Below, one piece after another: positions 63,644-64,000 of a DNA stretch of 64,000 nt. This DNA is from Patescibacteria group bacterium. Lineage in GTDB: Bacteria; Patescibacteriota; Microgenomatia; UBA8517. The translations under genes were made by a program, and so were the position numbers. Under the pieces are notes generated by a model, which did not search any database, was not told the origin of the DNA, and saw only the letters and a list, made by a program, of their open reading frames with translations. The DNA is taken from positions 1,478 to 65,477 of the forward strand of contig JALHYA010000002.1 of the NCBI GenBank assembly GCA_022868165.1, read 5' to 3'. The number at the start of each line of letters is the position of its first letter. Position 1 is the stretch's first letter.

Positions 63644-63675
63644 ATAGTTAATAACATGAAGGAGGTTTTATTGTA

Positions 63676-63906
63676 ATGGCTATTGTGTCAAAGAGTGTAC
63701 CAACTAAGTTGGACTATCGTAGCAGGGTTAAATTGCCAGAGGTTATTATCGAAGAGCTTGCGCTTACCAAGGATAGCAAGGTAGTTGTTACGTATGGTCG
63801 TAACTATAGCTGTGTGATAATTACGCCGGTAGAAACAAAGCTAGGCAGTATACAGAAAGAACGTATAAACAAGCTGACTTGTGAACCATTAGAGACTGAA
63901 CGCTAG
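63676..63906 (+). CDS. AbrB/MazE-like DNA-binding protein
   Basis: KLDYRSRVKLPEVIIEELAL...V. Confidence 0.7.
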   Translation: MAIVSKSVPTKLDYRSRVKLPEVIIEELALTKDSKVVVTYGRNYSCVIITPVETKLGSIQKERINKLTCEPLETER

Positions 63907-63935
63907 AAAAAATAAAAAAGAGGAGGTATTTTACA

Positions 63936-64000
63936 ATGAAAGTGTTAGTAGTACTAAATGATGGTGCATTACTTGTCGGAGACAGGAATTGGAAGGATGA
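63936..64000 (+). CDS. Start of an ORF running off the window (partial)
   Basis: AGGAGG RBS, MKVLVVLNDG... Confidence 0.6.
   Translation, partial: MKVLVVLNDGALLVGDRNWKD

Noticed and set aside
1-64000. tRNA, rRNA, integrase/att site, alternative genetic code
   Set aside because: None recognised by eye; TAG, TGA and TAA all end well-supported genes. A tRNAscan/Infernal run would be needed to exclude small RNAs.

Overview
The window looks like most of one virus-like genome (virus, provirus or virus-derived element) of a bacterium. It has dense ATGA-coupled ORFs, sigma70-type TTGACA/TATAAT promoters, AGGAGG ribosome-binding sites and no housekeeping genes. Small proteins such as DUF5679 suggest a Chloroflexota/Dehalococcoidia-like host, which is an inference. 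I could not recognise any terminase, portal, HK97 capsid, tail, endolysin or integrase gene. Four modules are present. (1) About 2-11.3 kb, plus strand: a basic protein, a degenerate protein-primed-type family B DNA polymerase split into two ORFs by an HNH endonuclease, an XRE regulator with a palindromic operator, small early genes and an IS6-like transposase. (2) About 12-32.5 kb, minus strand: a large glycosylation locus with an AglB/STT3 oligosaccharyltransferase, three GT2s, an intein-bearing Gmd, a perosamine-type aminotransferase, RfbC, epimerases/dehydratases, two B12-radical SAM enzymes, SAM methyltransferases and a split DUF2206 protein. (3) About 32.5-54 kb, minus strand: a membrane-based morphogenesis module with a Zot/pI-like ATPase, a 64-aa two-helix candidate capsid protein reminiscent of archaeal spindle-shaped viruses, large membrane-anchored glycoprotein-like proteins rich in D-N-x-S/T sequons, a possible donor-strand fibre cassette and a ~1740-aa protein with an ADP-ribosyltransferase-like domain. 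(4) About 54-64 kb: phage-type replication/modification genes and a repeat-rich intergenic region that may be an origin. The best candidate for a new system is a non-tailed, membrane-assembled bacterial virus with its own N-glycosylation pathway. All family calls come from motif recognition by eye; no searches were run.
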